Source: Nautiliaceae bacterium (GTDB taxonomy: Bacteria; Campylobacterota; Campylobacteria; Campylobacterales; Nautiliaceae). Taken from it: 64,000 nt of DNA. The translations under genes were made by a program, and so were the position numbers. The notes under the pieces were generated by a model. The model did not search any database. It was not told the origin of the DNA and saw nothing but the letters and a program-made list of their open reading frames with translations. Shown piece by piece: positions 29,025-38,354 of this stretch. Where the stretch lies: assembly GCA_039831155.1 (NCBI GenBank), contig JBDONT010000026.1, forward strand, positions 1 to 64,000, written 5' to 3'. Position 1 is the first letter of the stretch, and each line of letters opens with the position of its first letter.

Positions 29025-30364
29025 TAAATAACCCTATTATAGTCATTAAAATCCATCTTCCAAACTTTTACCCCACAAAACCTATCTCCCTCCGGACATA
29101 TAGGTTTTATATTCTCTTCATATCTTAACGTACAAGGAGGCAAAAACTTTTCAGCAGCCTTTACTCCGGCTTTTTTCAGTTCTTTTACCTGATTGTAAAC
29201 AATATCGAAAATCTCTTCCTGAGCGTTATAACAAAGCCTCATCTGGGCTTTATGAACAAACTCATGAAAATCGTTATGCTCTATAATCTCTATATTATGA
29301 GCGTTTAAAAGTGCATAAGCGGCTTCCCCAAAACCTAATATATCTTTTTGACTTTCAAAAAAATCGTAAGAGTATTCAACTGCTTTTAAATAAAGCTCTT
29401 TTACACTTTCACAAATTTTAGGCATATAAAAGTCTCTTTTATACATATCTTCAAGTTTAGCCCTTATAGCCGGCGAGCGACGGTGTCTTTGATTTTGAGC
29501 GTCGGCACTAAGAGAGAGTTTAACATATGAATTAAAACTCCCTAAAATAGCTTCGTCTAAGTAGATATTGGAAGCTCTTAAAACCCCTGCATAATTTTCG
29601 TTTAACTCAAAATCATAATCCACTATATCGAAAACTTCCACTTTTTTAGTAATGTTTTTTTCTTTTTTTATTTTTTCAATATCTATGGATGGAAAAACAA
29701 CATCCTCTTTTTGAGCAAACTCTATTAAAGGTTTTAGATTTTTATCTATTCTTATCATCTCCTCTTTTAATTTAGATACAAATTCGTGTGCTTCGTTTCT
29801 TGCTTCGGGGATTACTTTTGCTGCGTTAATGTATCTTAAAGCCGTAATAACGTTTATAGTATGGTAAAGATGTGCATTCATTCCAAGCGGCAAAAGATAC
29901 CTTGCAAACTCTTGAGCCTTTTTTTTAGCCTCTTTTTTTTTGAATTTCGGCAGTACCGATTCGATTTTAGGAGTTAATTCATCAATTAGTTTTTCGTAAT
30001 AAAAAAACATATTCTCATAATATTTTTGCCACTTTTTTTTATCCGCCCCCTTAGGGTAGGTAAAGTTTTCAAGTTTCATTTTGGCGTATCTTTGCGAGAC
30101 TTGTTCGGAATTGTAAAAAGGATGGGAATGTAAAAGTCTCCATATAAGCAATCTGCTCATTCCCTCAATCAAAAACGTAAAATGATAATGCATAAGAGTG
30201 GTATGGTGACCGGCTTTAAAAATGGAATTTAGCAAATCGTTTTTTTTATCCCAGTTGGTAACATAATTAGGAGTTATTATATGTTTACCAAAATAACAGC
30301 TCCTAGCACTTCCGACTGCTATATCGGTAGGGGTGTATTTACTATCTAACGCTTTTACAACCAT
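29024..30364 (-). CDS. thyX: Flavin-dependent thymidylate synthase, double-length
   Basis: AR.CY, GH, SR, SQRY and ARYLLP in the N half; QRHR and RLC..AQ.EI in the C half. Confidence 0.82.
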   Translation of the reverse strand: MVVKALDSKYTPTDIAVGSARSCYFGKHIITPNYVTNWDKKNDLLNSIFKAGHHTTLMHYHFTFLIEGMSRLLIWRLLHSHPFYNSEQVSQRYAKMKLENFTYPKGADKKKWQKYYENMFFYYEKLIDELTPKIESVLPKFKKKEAKKKAQEFARYLLPLGMNAHLYHTINVITALRYINAAKVIPEARNEAHEFVSKLKEEMIRIDKNLKPLIEFAQKEDVVFPSIDIEKIKKEKNITKKVEVFDIVDYDFELNENYAGVLRASNIYLDEAILGSFNSYVKLSLSADAQNQRHRRSPAIRAKLEDMYKRDFYMPKICESVKELYLKAVEYSYDFFESQKDILGFGEAAYALLNAHNIEIIEHNDFHEFVHKAQMRLCYNAQEEIFDIVYNQVKELKKAGVKAAEKFLPPCTLRYEENIKPICPEGDRFCGVKVWKMDFNDYNRVI

Positions 30365-30831
30365 TAAAATCCTTTATAAAATTCAAAGTAAATAGGCTTT
30401 TTCGCCTTTAAAAAAATAAAATACCTTCCTCTATTTTTATAGATTTTGAAAATTTTAACATTTTGAATAAATTTATCCAAATAAAACTCTTTTTCAAAAC
30501 CAAAAGGCTTTGGAGATTCGTACCTTATAAGAGTGTTTTTATTTTTACTCACATACCAAAAAACATAGGGCTTAGCTATATTATAAAAAGAGTTGCTAGT
30601 TTGCATAAAAACTCTTACAAAATCCCCTCTGTTTTTTATAGTGACGTTATTAGCGTTTATTATATCGTAATAAAGAACCTTTAACGTATCGTTTTTTAAA
30701 GAGTCAAATTTCTTTTGGATGGAGTTTTGAGAGAGTTTTAAAGAAGAAATAAAACTGCTTAAAGCAAAAAAAAGCACCGACAAAATCAAAACGGAAATTA
30801 AAAGCTCTATTAAAGTAAAAGACTTTTTCAT
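30364..30831 (-). CDS. Minor pseudopilin (GspJ-like)
   Basis: KS|FTLIELL N-methylation motif. Confidence 0.75.
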   Translation of the reverse strand: MKKSFTLIELLISVLILSVLFFALSSFISSLKLSQNSIQKKFDSLKNDTLKVLYYDIINANNVTIKNRGDFVRVFMQTSNSFYNIAKPYVFWYVSKNKNTLIRYESPKPFGFEKEFYLDKFIQNVKIFKIYKNRGRYFIFLKAKKPIYFEFYKGF

Positions 30832-31169
30832 TCTAGTCCGTATAAAGTTATGGAGTGATGCTTATCAAAGACTTTTAGCTTAAAAAGAGTAATTTTGTTT
30901 TTATATTCTACCTCTTTTTTTAAAAAAAACTTATCTTTTTTTAAAGACGAAATAACTTTATCGTTTGTAATATTAAAATCCCTTACCATTTCATAAGCGT
31001 TTTTGCCGTCATTAAAAATCCTAACAGTTGCTTTATAAGAAAAATCCCTTCTTTCTTTTGCGTTTGAGACAAAAAAATAAGCACTATTAGTTACGTTTAA
31101 AGCCACTATCGTTACCAAAAACGCTATCGTAACGGCTATAATCGTTTCTATTAAAGTAAAAGATTTCAA
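30828..31169 (-). CDS. Minor pseudopilin (GspI-like)
   Basis: KS|FTLIE motif. Confidence 0.7.
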   Translation of the reverse strand: MKSFTLIETIIAVTIAFLVTIVALNVTNSAYFFVSNAKERRDFSYKATVRIFNDGKNAYEMVRDFNITNDKVISSLKKDKFFLKKEVEYKNKITLFKLKVFDKHHSITLYGLE

Positions 31170-31483
31170 TAATACCCTTTTTTAGGAGCATAGGAAGTAT
31201 TATAAAAAATTTCTTTGGCTTCTTTTAAAGTTGAAACTTCCTTTTTATAAAGAGGCTTAATAACAAAAATTTTACCGTTACATTTTATAATGGCACTATT
31301 ATAAAAACCGTTTTTTGTTTGAAGGGTATAATTTTTATCCGAAATAAAACGATTATTTTTATAAACATAAATATTTTCGCACTTTTTTTGAGTATAAAAA
31401 AAACTAACACTCAAAAAAGTAACTATCGAAATAATAACAATTACAACTAAAAGTTCTATTAAACTAAATCCTAATTTCCACAT
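31166..31483 (-). CDS. Minor pseudopilin (GspH-like)
   Basis: LG|FSLIELL motif. Confidence 0.7.
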   Translation of the reverse strand: MWKLGFSLIELLVVIVIISIVTFLSVSFFYTQKKCENIYVYKNNRFISDKNYTLQTKNGFYNSAIIKCNGKIFVIKPLYKKEVSTLKEAKEIFYNTSYAPKKGYY

Positions 31484-31890
31484 TCGCTAAGTCTGATGTC
31501 TCTGTTTTCTCCACTTCCACCCTCTCTACCATCGGCACCTAGTGAAATAATATCTATATTACCGTTATTGTTAACGTAAATATATCTATGCCCCCACGGG
31601 TCTTTTGGAAGTTTTTTGGAATTTAAAAATCCTTTTGTAGGATAGCTTTGATATTTTTGGGGATTTGGATTTTGAATTAAGGCTTTTAATCCTTCTTCCG
31701 TAGTAGGGTAACTCCCCTCTTCAACTTTAAAAGAATCCAAAGCGTTTTTTAAAGATTTCATCTGAATACAAACAAGCTTTTCTTTTGCTTTTTCCCCTTG
31801 AGAGATTAAATTAGGCACAACCAATGAAGCTATAAGCCCTAAAATAACTATAACAATCATAACCTCAATTAAACTAAAAGCCTTTTTCAT
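31471..31890 (-). CDS. gspG: T2SS major pseudopilin
   Basis: A|FSLIE, YPTTEEGL.AL, PKDPWG and SLGADG..GG.GE..DI motifs. Confidence 0.93.
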   Translation of the reverse strand: MKKAFSLIEVMIVIVILGLIASLVVPNLISQGEKAKEKLVCIQMKSLKNALDSFKVEEGSYPTTEEGLKALIQNPNPQKYQSYPTKGFLNSKKLPKDPWGHRYIYVNNNGNIDIISLGADGREGGSGENRDIRLSECGN

Positions 31891-31901
31891 CTAACTCCTT
31901 T

Positions 31902-31939
31902 AAAAAAAGGCAAACCGAAAAACTATTTTAACGGTTTGC
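31902..31939 (-). terminator. Hairpin + T-run between lipoprotein gene and gspG
   Basis: GCAAACCG...CGGTTTGC-C-TTTTTTT then AAAGGAG RBS of gspG (minus strand). Confidence 0.55.
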
Positions 31940-33356
31940 TTGAGCCTATTGATAATCCGTTACTTCTTACACTAATATAAAATCCGTCTTCCTGGTCTAC
32001 GAATACATACTCTTGAGTCGGATTTCCATTTGAATCTAGTACTTGAGCCAATCCGTTCATTCCGTTTGGATTTAAAATTAAACCGGCACTTCCACTTGAA
32101 GCTGTAGAATTATAACATTTCTCATCTTGATATGAAACTTGAGCTCTATTTACTCTAACTTTACCGTAACAAATTCCTCCTGTAGATTCCAAATTTATAT
32201 AATAATAAGTTCCAGTCATATCCTCATTTGTTAAAGCTTTAGCTTCAACTCCTATTCCGTATCCTCCACTTACTAAGTCGACTATAATACTATTTCTACT
32301 AATTCCGGGTCTTAAAACTACATTTGCTGCTTTCACACCATTTTGATATACATCCAAATGAGACCCGTTTACTTCCCACGTACCACTATCTCCATCTCCA
32401 TTACTCCAAGTACCTCTTAAACTGTTTACATCGCTTGAATTAATATCTATAAATTCAAAACTTAAACTAGTTCCGTCATCTTCCATATAATTGTATCTTT
32501 TATTGACAAACTCTTTTAACATAGATGGAGTAATTTCTTGAGCCGGCACTTGAAGCCCTATTAAAGAGAGTTGATTGTTGTTATAATTAATATAAGATAC
32601 TCCTAACGTACCCGAAAAGAAATAGAAGTTATTATCTCTATCAGTAAAGAAAACGTTATTGTAAACGTTTTTTAATTCTTTAGTATCACTGATATTATAT
32701 AAATTACCCGTTACTTTATACGTAATTTTGTTTGTATCTGTATCAAATGTAAATTCTGCAAAATCCCCTCCCGTTAACGCACCGCGGAATGTTGGAATTG
32801 CACCACTCATTGTAGGATTTGCAGTTTGATACAAATCTTTATCTGTTGAGGTTAAATTTTTTTCAATTCCGTTTACTTTTACTTCAACACTAGTAGAAGT
32901 AGCAAGTTTTTCTTTAAGTTCATCTACTATAGGTAAATTTTGATTTTCATCTATATCTAAACTCGTTACGTTTTTTAAACTACAATTTTCATCACTATAA
33001 GAACAGTTCGCGGCTTTATGAAGAAGTGCACCTATATAAGCCGCTACCGTTGCGTCTCCATCAGCCAGTACCGCCGGCGTGATAGTAGGCGTAATTGAAG
33101 TTACACTTGCACTTCCAATTATATTATCTCCTACCTTTACTTCAAGCTGTACCGGTAAAGGAGTAGGTGCTAAGGTAAATTTTCCGTTTGCATCAGTAAT
33201 AGCACAATTGTCCGTACCTTTTACACAAACTTTTACCCCTTCTAGTTTACTAGCTTCCACGCTACCTGAAATATCGCTGGCACTTCCGCTCCCACATCCG
33301 ATTAAAGCTCCGGCGGCAATAACGGAAGATAAGAAAATTTTAGTAGTCGTTTTCAT
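31923..33356 (-). CDS. Large beta-rich lipoprotein within T2SS cluster
   Basis: Lipobox LIGC, Gly/Ser linker, TDANGKF-type N-domain; Asn/Gly/Thr-rich. Confidence 0.8.
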   Translation of the reverse strand: MKTTTKIFLSSVIAAGALIGCGSGSASDISGSVEASKLEGVKVCVKGTDNCAITDANGKFTLAPTPLPVQLEVKVGDNIIGSASVTSITPTITPAVLADGDATVAAYIGALLHKAANCSYSDENCSLKNVTSLDIDENQNLPIVDELKEKLATSTSVEVKVNGIEKNLTSTDKDLYQTANPTMSGAIPTFRGALTGGDFAEFTFDTDTNKITYKVTGNLYNISDTKELKNVYNNVFFTDRDNNFYFFSGTLGVSYINYNNNQLSLIGLQVPAQEITPSMLKEFVNKRYNYMEDDGTSLSFEFIDINSSDVNSLRGTWSNGDGDSGTWEVNGSHLDVYQNGVKAANVVLRPGISRNSIIVDLVSGGYGIGVEAKALTNEDMTGTYYYINLESTGGICYGKVRVNRAQVSYQDEKCYNSTASSGSAGLILNPNGMNGLAQVLDSNGNPTQEYVFVDQEDGFYISVRSNGLSIGSSKPLK

Positions 33357-33397
33357 TTTTTTTCCTTTTTTCCCTTTTTTAATGTTGGGTTAACATT

Positions 33398-33427
33398 ATT
33401 ATATACCAAACTATGATAAAATGTCAA
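33398..33427 (-). promoter_or_regulatory. sigma70 promoter for lipoprotein-gspG unit, overlapping a divergent extended -10
   Basis: Minus strand: TTGACA-18 bp-TATAAT. Plus strand: TGATAAAAT at 33414-33422 toward gspK. Confidence 0.6.
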
Positions 33428-33455
33428 TTGTTTTTAACAGATAAATTACAAAAGA

Positions 33456-34286
33456 ATGACAAATATGAGAAAGTCCATAGCTCTTTTAATCACTTTAATG
33501 TTTTTGTTTATAGTCATATCTATTCTCGGATTTATTTTAAACACCACTCAAAAAAGCTTAAAAACAAACAATATTCCTCAAGAAAATTTATTAATTAAAA
33601 ACAGCATCGAATTGCTTAATTCTATAAAATTAAAAACACTTAAACAAACTAAAGAAATTTTCAAAACATTCCCTATACAAAGTAAAAAAGGCGACCTAAA
33701 AGCTATTATCGAAATTTCTCCTATTTTTAATAAACCGGACATAAACGCGTATTTATTTAAAAAGAAAATTAATCCTTTAATAGATACTTATTTAACTAAT
33801 ATTTTAGAAACATACGATATAAAAGACCCTATCTTTTTTAAAAACATAATTTTAGATACTTTGGATAAAGATTCTTTAGAAAGAGAAGCGGATAGCGAGA
33901 TAATCTTGCAAAATAACTTATTTCAAAACGGAAAAATTTACAATAAAAAGCATTTTTTACAAATTTTAAATTATTACGTTCAAAAAACAAACGATAAAAA
34001 TATCCTAAAAATTCCGTGGGATAATCTCATATTTTTCGGAAACGGAGAAAACAATTCTCTTACTTGTGAATTTTTGAATAAAGACGTAAAAAAATACTTA
34101 AATATTACCGACTTAAAATGCGACAAAAAAAATAATTTGGATATAATTAACTTCAAAAATCAAAACAGTTTTTGGGTTTTAATAAAAATCGAATATATTT
34201 ATCATAATATCCAAAATAAAATACGAGTCACTTACGATATCCGTAAAAAAAAGGTTATAAATATTGAAGCCAATCCTTTATACTAA
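33456..34286 (+). CDS. T2SS GspK-like protein
   Basis: SIALLITL pilin-like N-terminus; DIN and D.LD.D...E motifs; position in cluster. Confidence 0.7.
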   Translation: MTNMRKSIALLITLMFLFIVISILGFILNTTQKSLKTNNIPQENLLIKNSIELLNSIKLKTLKQTKEIFKTFPIQSKKGDLKAIIEISPIFNKPDINAYLFKKKINPLIDTYLTNILETYDIKDPIFFKNIILDTLDKDSLEREADSEIILQNNLFQNGKIYNKKHFLQILNYYVQKTNDKNILKIPWDNLIFFGNGENNSLTCEFLNKDVKKYLNITDLKCDKKNNLDIINFKNQNSFWVLIKIEYIYHNIQNKIRVTYDIRKKKVINIEANPLY

Positions 34287-35106
34287 AAATTTTGACGAAA
34301 AAATAGATTCAAAAGTGGATGTTATATTGTCTCCTCAATTTTATTGGATAAAAAAAATAGACATTCCCATAAAATCTCTAAAAGACGCAAAAAAATTGTC
34401 AAAATCCCTTTTTAAATTGGATGAAAGCTATATTTTTGACGCTTTTTATTTAGACGGTAAATATTTTGCATACGCCATAAAAAAAGACCTCAACCTAAAA
34501 ATTCCTAAAAAATATATAAATTCGATAAGATTAGCTCAAATAGAATTATACGATTACGATTCGATAAAAATTCCTCCCCATTACTGCATAAAGAAAATAA
34601 ACGATTTACTTTTTTGTTTTCCTTTCGAAAACGAAGGAGAAGAAATAACAGAAGTTTTATCGAACATAAAATTATCCGATTATAAAGTAAACTCTCATAA
34701 AACGAATATAGATAAAGAGTTTTTGATTCTGATTTTTTTAATTTTCTTTCTATTTAATGCCGCCGTATTCTTACAAACGCTGAAAAACAACAATACGGTT
34801 ATAGTTTTGGAAAATAAAAAAAATTCTTTAATAAAAACTTACAACCTTCCGTCTACCACATTCGAAATGGACTCCATAATTTCCGATTTAAAAACTCGTT
34901 ATCAAAAAGAAATAAAACTAAAAAAAGACCTGGAATTCATAACTCACATACCTCTTAAAAAAGACGAAAAAGCCGTTTATTTGGCTTTTACAAACAATAA
35001 ATATAAAATAAAAATCTATTCAAAAAGAAACTTGGATTTTTATTTTAAGAAAAAATTTAAAGTTATTTCGAAAACATCTCCTTACGAAGCGGATTTATAT
35101 GAATAA
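34264..35106 (+). CDS. T2SS GspL-like protein
   Basis: Cytoplasmic domain plus one TM plus periplasmic part; gene order K-L-M-N-C-D-E-F. Confidence 0.55.
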   Translation: MKPILYTKNFDEKIDSKVDVILSPQFYWIKKIDIPIKSLKDAKKLSKSLFKLDESYIFDAFYLDGKYFAYAIKKDLNLKIPKKYINSIRLAQIELYDYDSIKIPPHYCIKKINDLLFCFPFENEGEEITEVLSNIKLSDYKVNSHKTNIDKEFLILIFLIFFLFNAAVFLQTLKNNNTVIVLENKKNSLIKTYNLPSTTFEMDSIISDLKTRYQKEIKLKKDLEFITHIPLKKDEKAVYLAFTNNKYKIKIYSKRNLDFYFKKKFKVISKTSPYEADLYE

Positions 35107-35446
35107 AAAATACATTTTAATAACGTTAACGGCACTATTAATAAGCATTATAAATTTAAACATTTATAATATCTCTTCCCGAAAACTTAAAGAAGAAATA
35201 TCATATTTCACAAAATTTAAAGAAAAAGCGAAAGAATATATTTTTCTAAAAAGAAAATTATCTCAAAACGCACTAAAAACTTTACCTAAAAACTGTCAAA
35301 TCGAAAAAGGTAAAATAATGTGCAATATTAAAAAATCTCAACTTTACAAAATATCCGATTTCCTAAAACTTTCTTACAAAATAAAAAACTTTGAAATAAA
35401 AGACAACAACTCTTCAATCGTATTTAACGGAGCGATAGAAGAATGA
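35099..35446 (+). CDS. T2SS GspM-like protein
   Basis: N-terminal TM and coiled coil; position. Confidence 0.45.
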   Translation: MNKKYILITLTALLISIINLNIYNISSRKLKEEISYFTKFKEKAKEYIFLKRKLSQNALKTLPKNCQIEKGKIMCNIKKSQLYKISDFLKLSYKIKNFEIKDNNSSIVFNGAIEE

Positions 35447-35919
35447 AACGTTTCTTTTTATTTTTAATAGGATTTTTTATGGGAATAATTATTTTTTTCC
35501 CTTCCGCAGAATTATTTTTTTATATACAAAAAACACTATCCCACCGACACATTTATATCGACACCGAAATTAAAAACTCTCATTTCCTCACTTTAAACAA
35601 TACTAAAATTTATAAAAACGACATCAAAATATGCTCTTTTAAAAAAGCGACCATCAAACCTTTTATTCTCTTTAACACCATATATATCGAAAATTTAAAA
35701 ACGGATTTTAATTTTAATCTCAAACAATTAAACCTATATTACACCCTTTTTAAACCTTATAAAATCCATTTAACGGCTAAAAACGAAAATTCTATTTTAA
35801 AAGGAGAAATCGATTTAAAAAATCATTATTTAAAAATCTACTTTTCCAATCCGTCAAACTCTATTAAAAACCTCTTGAAAAAAGACGCCAAAGGATATTA
35901 TTATTATGCGATATATTAA
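35443..35919 (+). CDS. T2SS GspN-like protein
   Basis: N-terminal TM ending in FP; beta-rich; position. Confidence 0.45.
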   Translation: MKRFFLFLIGFFMGIIIFFPSAELFFYIQKTLSHRHIYIDTEIKNSHFLTLNNTKIYKNDIKICSFKKATIKPFILFNTIYIENLKTDFNFNLKQLNLYYTLFKPYKIHLTAKNENSILKGEIDLKNHYLKIYFSNPSNSIKNLLKKDAKGYYYYAIY

Positions 35920-36616
35920 ATATATTTTATGGTTTTTAATCGGTATTATAAGCGGTTTTTTCCTTATAACTTTTCTAAAATTGTTTTTACCTTCCGTACC
36001 TTTAAAATACGACATCAAAAAAACATCGGAAATATTTAATATTAACCTTTCCAAAATATTTAAAGTCTTTTATCAAACTCCTTTAAATATCTCCCCTTTA
36101 AAAGGAGTAAGTTTAAAAGCTTTATATAAAGATAACGATAAAGGTTTCATTATTATATACGATAAGAAAAATATCTTCATAGATTTAAACGGTTATTACA
36201 AAGGGTATAAACTAGTAACAATAAACAAAAATTCCGCTATTTTCGAAAAAAACTCCGAAAAATATATTTTAAAATTTAAAAATACGAACAATAATTTTAC
36301 AAACATCTCTGAATCGGAAAAAGTGAAAATTAAAAAATCCTATATTAAATCGGTAAAAAACAACCCTTTGAAAATTTGGAATGACATTAATATAATCAAT
36401 ACCCCAAACGGTTACAAAATAACTTATATAAGACCTCATAGTATATTCGATAAAATAGGTTTGAAAACGGGAGATATAATAATTGCTGTAAACAATAAAA
36501 AATTAAACGACAATTTAGCTTGGAAACTTTACAAAAATATAGAAAAATACGAAGATTTGGATATAACCATAAAAAGAAACAACACTATAAAGGTAATTCG
36601 TTATGAAATTAATTAA
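35906..36616 (+). CDS. T2SS GspC-like protein with PDZ
   Basis: TM, HR-like domain and a PDZ (GLKTGDIIIAVN). Confidence 0.75.
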   Translation: MRYIKYILWFLIGIISGFFLITFLKLFLPSVPLKYDIKKTSEIFNINLSKIFKVFYQTPLNISPLKGVSLKALYKDNDKGFIIIYDKKNIFIDLNGYYKGYKLVTINKNSAIFEKNSEKYILKFKNTNNNFTNISESEKVKIKKSYIKSVKNNPLKIWNDINIINTPNGYKITYIRPHSIFDKIGLKTGDIIIAVNNKKLNDNLAWKLYKNIEKYEDLDITIKRNNTIKVIRYEIN

Positions 36617-38354
36617 AACTCTTTTATCAACGGTAATTTTATTAAACGCAACTTATATTAATTTAAACTTTAAAAATCTGGATATAAAAGATTTTATAAA
36701 AATGACGGCTAAAATCACTAATAAAAACATTTTAATTAACACTTCACTTTCCGGTAAAGTTAATTTTATATCGGTCAAACCTATAAAAAAAGAAGATGTT
36801 TTTAATATTTTATTAAGCGTATTACGTGCTAAAGGTTACACTATAATTGAAGAAAACGATTATTTAAAAGTCATAAGAAGTTCCGACCTATTAAAAGAAG
36901 CACCCGGTCTTGATAATTCATTATCTTCTGTTAAAACGACTATTATTAAACTACAAAACATTTCCGTCAGAGACGCTTATCAACAAATTTTTTATTTAAA
37001 AAGTAAATACGGAAAAATAGTTCTTAATCAAGATGAAAATATCCTAATAATTACCGATTATCCCAAAAATATAAAAGTAATAAAAGAGATTTTAAAAAAA
37101 ACGGATCGTTTTAACAAACCGATTATAAAATATTACTCTTTAAAAAACGCTCAAGTTACCAAAGTGTTTAAAAAAATAAACAATATTACATCAACAATGT
37201 ATAACCCTAAAATTTATAAATACAAAATAGTCCCGAATGAAAACTCAAACTCATTTATCGTTATAGGTCCTAAAAAAGTGGTAAACTCAATAATACTCAA
37301 CCTACAAAAGCTGGATACAAAACCAAAACCCCTAAATCAGATAACTAAAATTATTACCCTTAAAAATTCGGATGTTACAAATATGGCAAAAGTTTTGCAA
37401 AAAATAGTCTCTTTAAAATATAAAAAAAACTCTCCCTCAATTACGGAAGACAAAGAAACAAACTCTCTAATCGTAATAGCCACACCTTCTCAAATGGAAA
37501 CTATAAAAACAATTATAAAAGCTTTGGATATCCCTAAAATGCAGGTATACGTAAAAGCCAGAATCCTGGAAATCAGCAACCTAAAAGCCTCTCAACTGGG
37601 AACAAAACTAGGTCTTTTAGCAGGAAGTGGCGGAAGCAGCGGGCTTTATACCCTTAGTGCCAATATGGGAGGCCCGGCAATTGCATTTGACGTAACCTCT
37701 CTTGGTCTAAGTATCCCGACTTTAAAACAGGGCTTAGCCCTTGGTGCTACTCTTGATTTATTAGAAACTTTCGGAGCTGCCAAAAAATTAAGCGAACCAT
37801 CAATTCTTTGTATAAACAACACCCCCTCAACCATTTACGTAGGAAAAACAATTTCCGTAAAAACCGGTCAAACTACTTCCACAACCACATCGGTATCTTA
37901 TACAAGACAGGATATAGGACTTACCTTAAAAGTAACTCCTAGAATAGACAGTGATAATAAAGTCGCTTTAAATATAGAATCCACAATAGAAGACATACTT
38001 CCCGGCTCACCGGATTTGACTTTACCTACAACCTCTAAAAGAGAAATTCAAACAACAACAATAGTAAATAACGGTCAAAGTATAATTATAGGCGGTCTTG
38101 CTAGAAACAATAAAGACATTACAATAAAAAAAGTACCTCTCTTAGGCGATATCCCAGTAATTGGAAATCTATTTAAACACAAAGAAATTAACGAAGACAA
38201 AACGACACTTGTTATAATTTTAACGCCTTATATCGTTAAAAAAAGTACCGATTTGGATAAATTAAGATTGACCCTGGCAAAACTAAACCATTTAGAAAGA
38301 CAGTTTGCCCTAGATTACATCAAAAAAAGAAAGTTAAATGTTAACGTTAAATAA
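36603..38354 (+). CDS. gspD: T2SS secretin
   Basis: N0 and N domains, QVYV.A.I.E, DIGL.LKVTP.I and KVPLLGDIP.IGNLF. Confidence 0.93.
   Translation: MKLIKTLLSTVILLNATYINLNFKNLDIKDFIKMTAKITNKNILINTSLSGKVNFISVKPIKKEDVFNILLSVLRAKGYTIIEENDYLKVIRSSDLLKEAPGLDNSLSSVKTTIIKLQNISVRDAYQQIFYLKSKYGKIVLNQDENILIITDYPKNIKVIKEILKKTDRFNKPIIKYYSLKNAQVTKVFKKINNITSTMYNPKIYKYKIVPNENSNSFIVIGPKKVVNSIILNLQKLDTKPKPLNQITKIITLKNSDVTNMAKVLQKIVSLKYKKNSPSITEDKETNSLIVIATPSQMETIKTIIKALDIPKMQVYVKARILEISNLKASQLGTKLGLLAGSGGSSGLYTLSANMGGPAIAFDVTSLGLSIPTLKQGLALGATLDLLETFGAAKKLSEPSILCINNTPSTIYVGKTISVKTGQTTSTTTSVSYTRQDIGLTLKVTPRIDSDNKVALNIESTIEDILPGSPDLTLPTTSKREIQTTTIVNNGQSIIIGGLARNNKDITIKKVPLLGDIPVIGNLFKHKEINEDKTTLVIILTPYIVKKSTDLDKLRLTLAKLNHLERQFALDYIKKRKLNVNVK

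Noticed and set aside
30364-31890. Ala/Ser instead of Gly at the prepilin cleavage site
   Set aside because: Non-Gly residues here (especially Ala) are common in epsilonproteobacterial pilin-like proteins; not distinctive.
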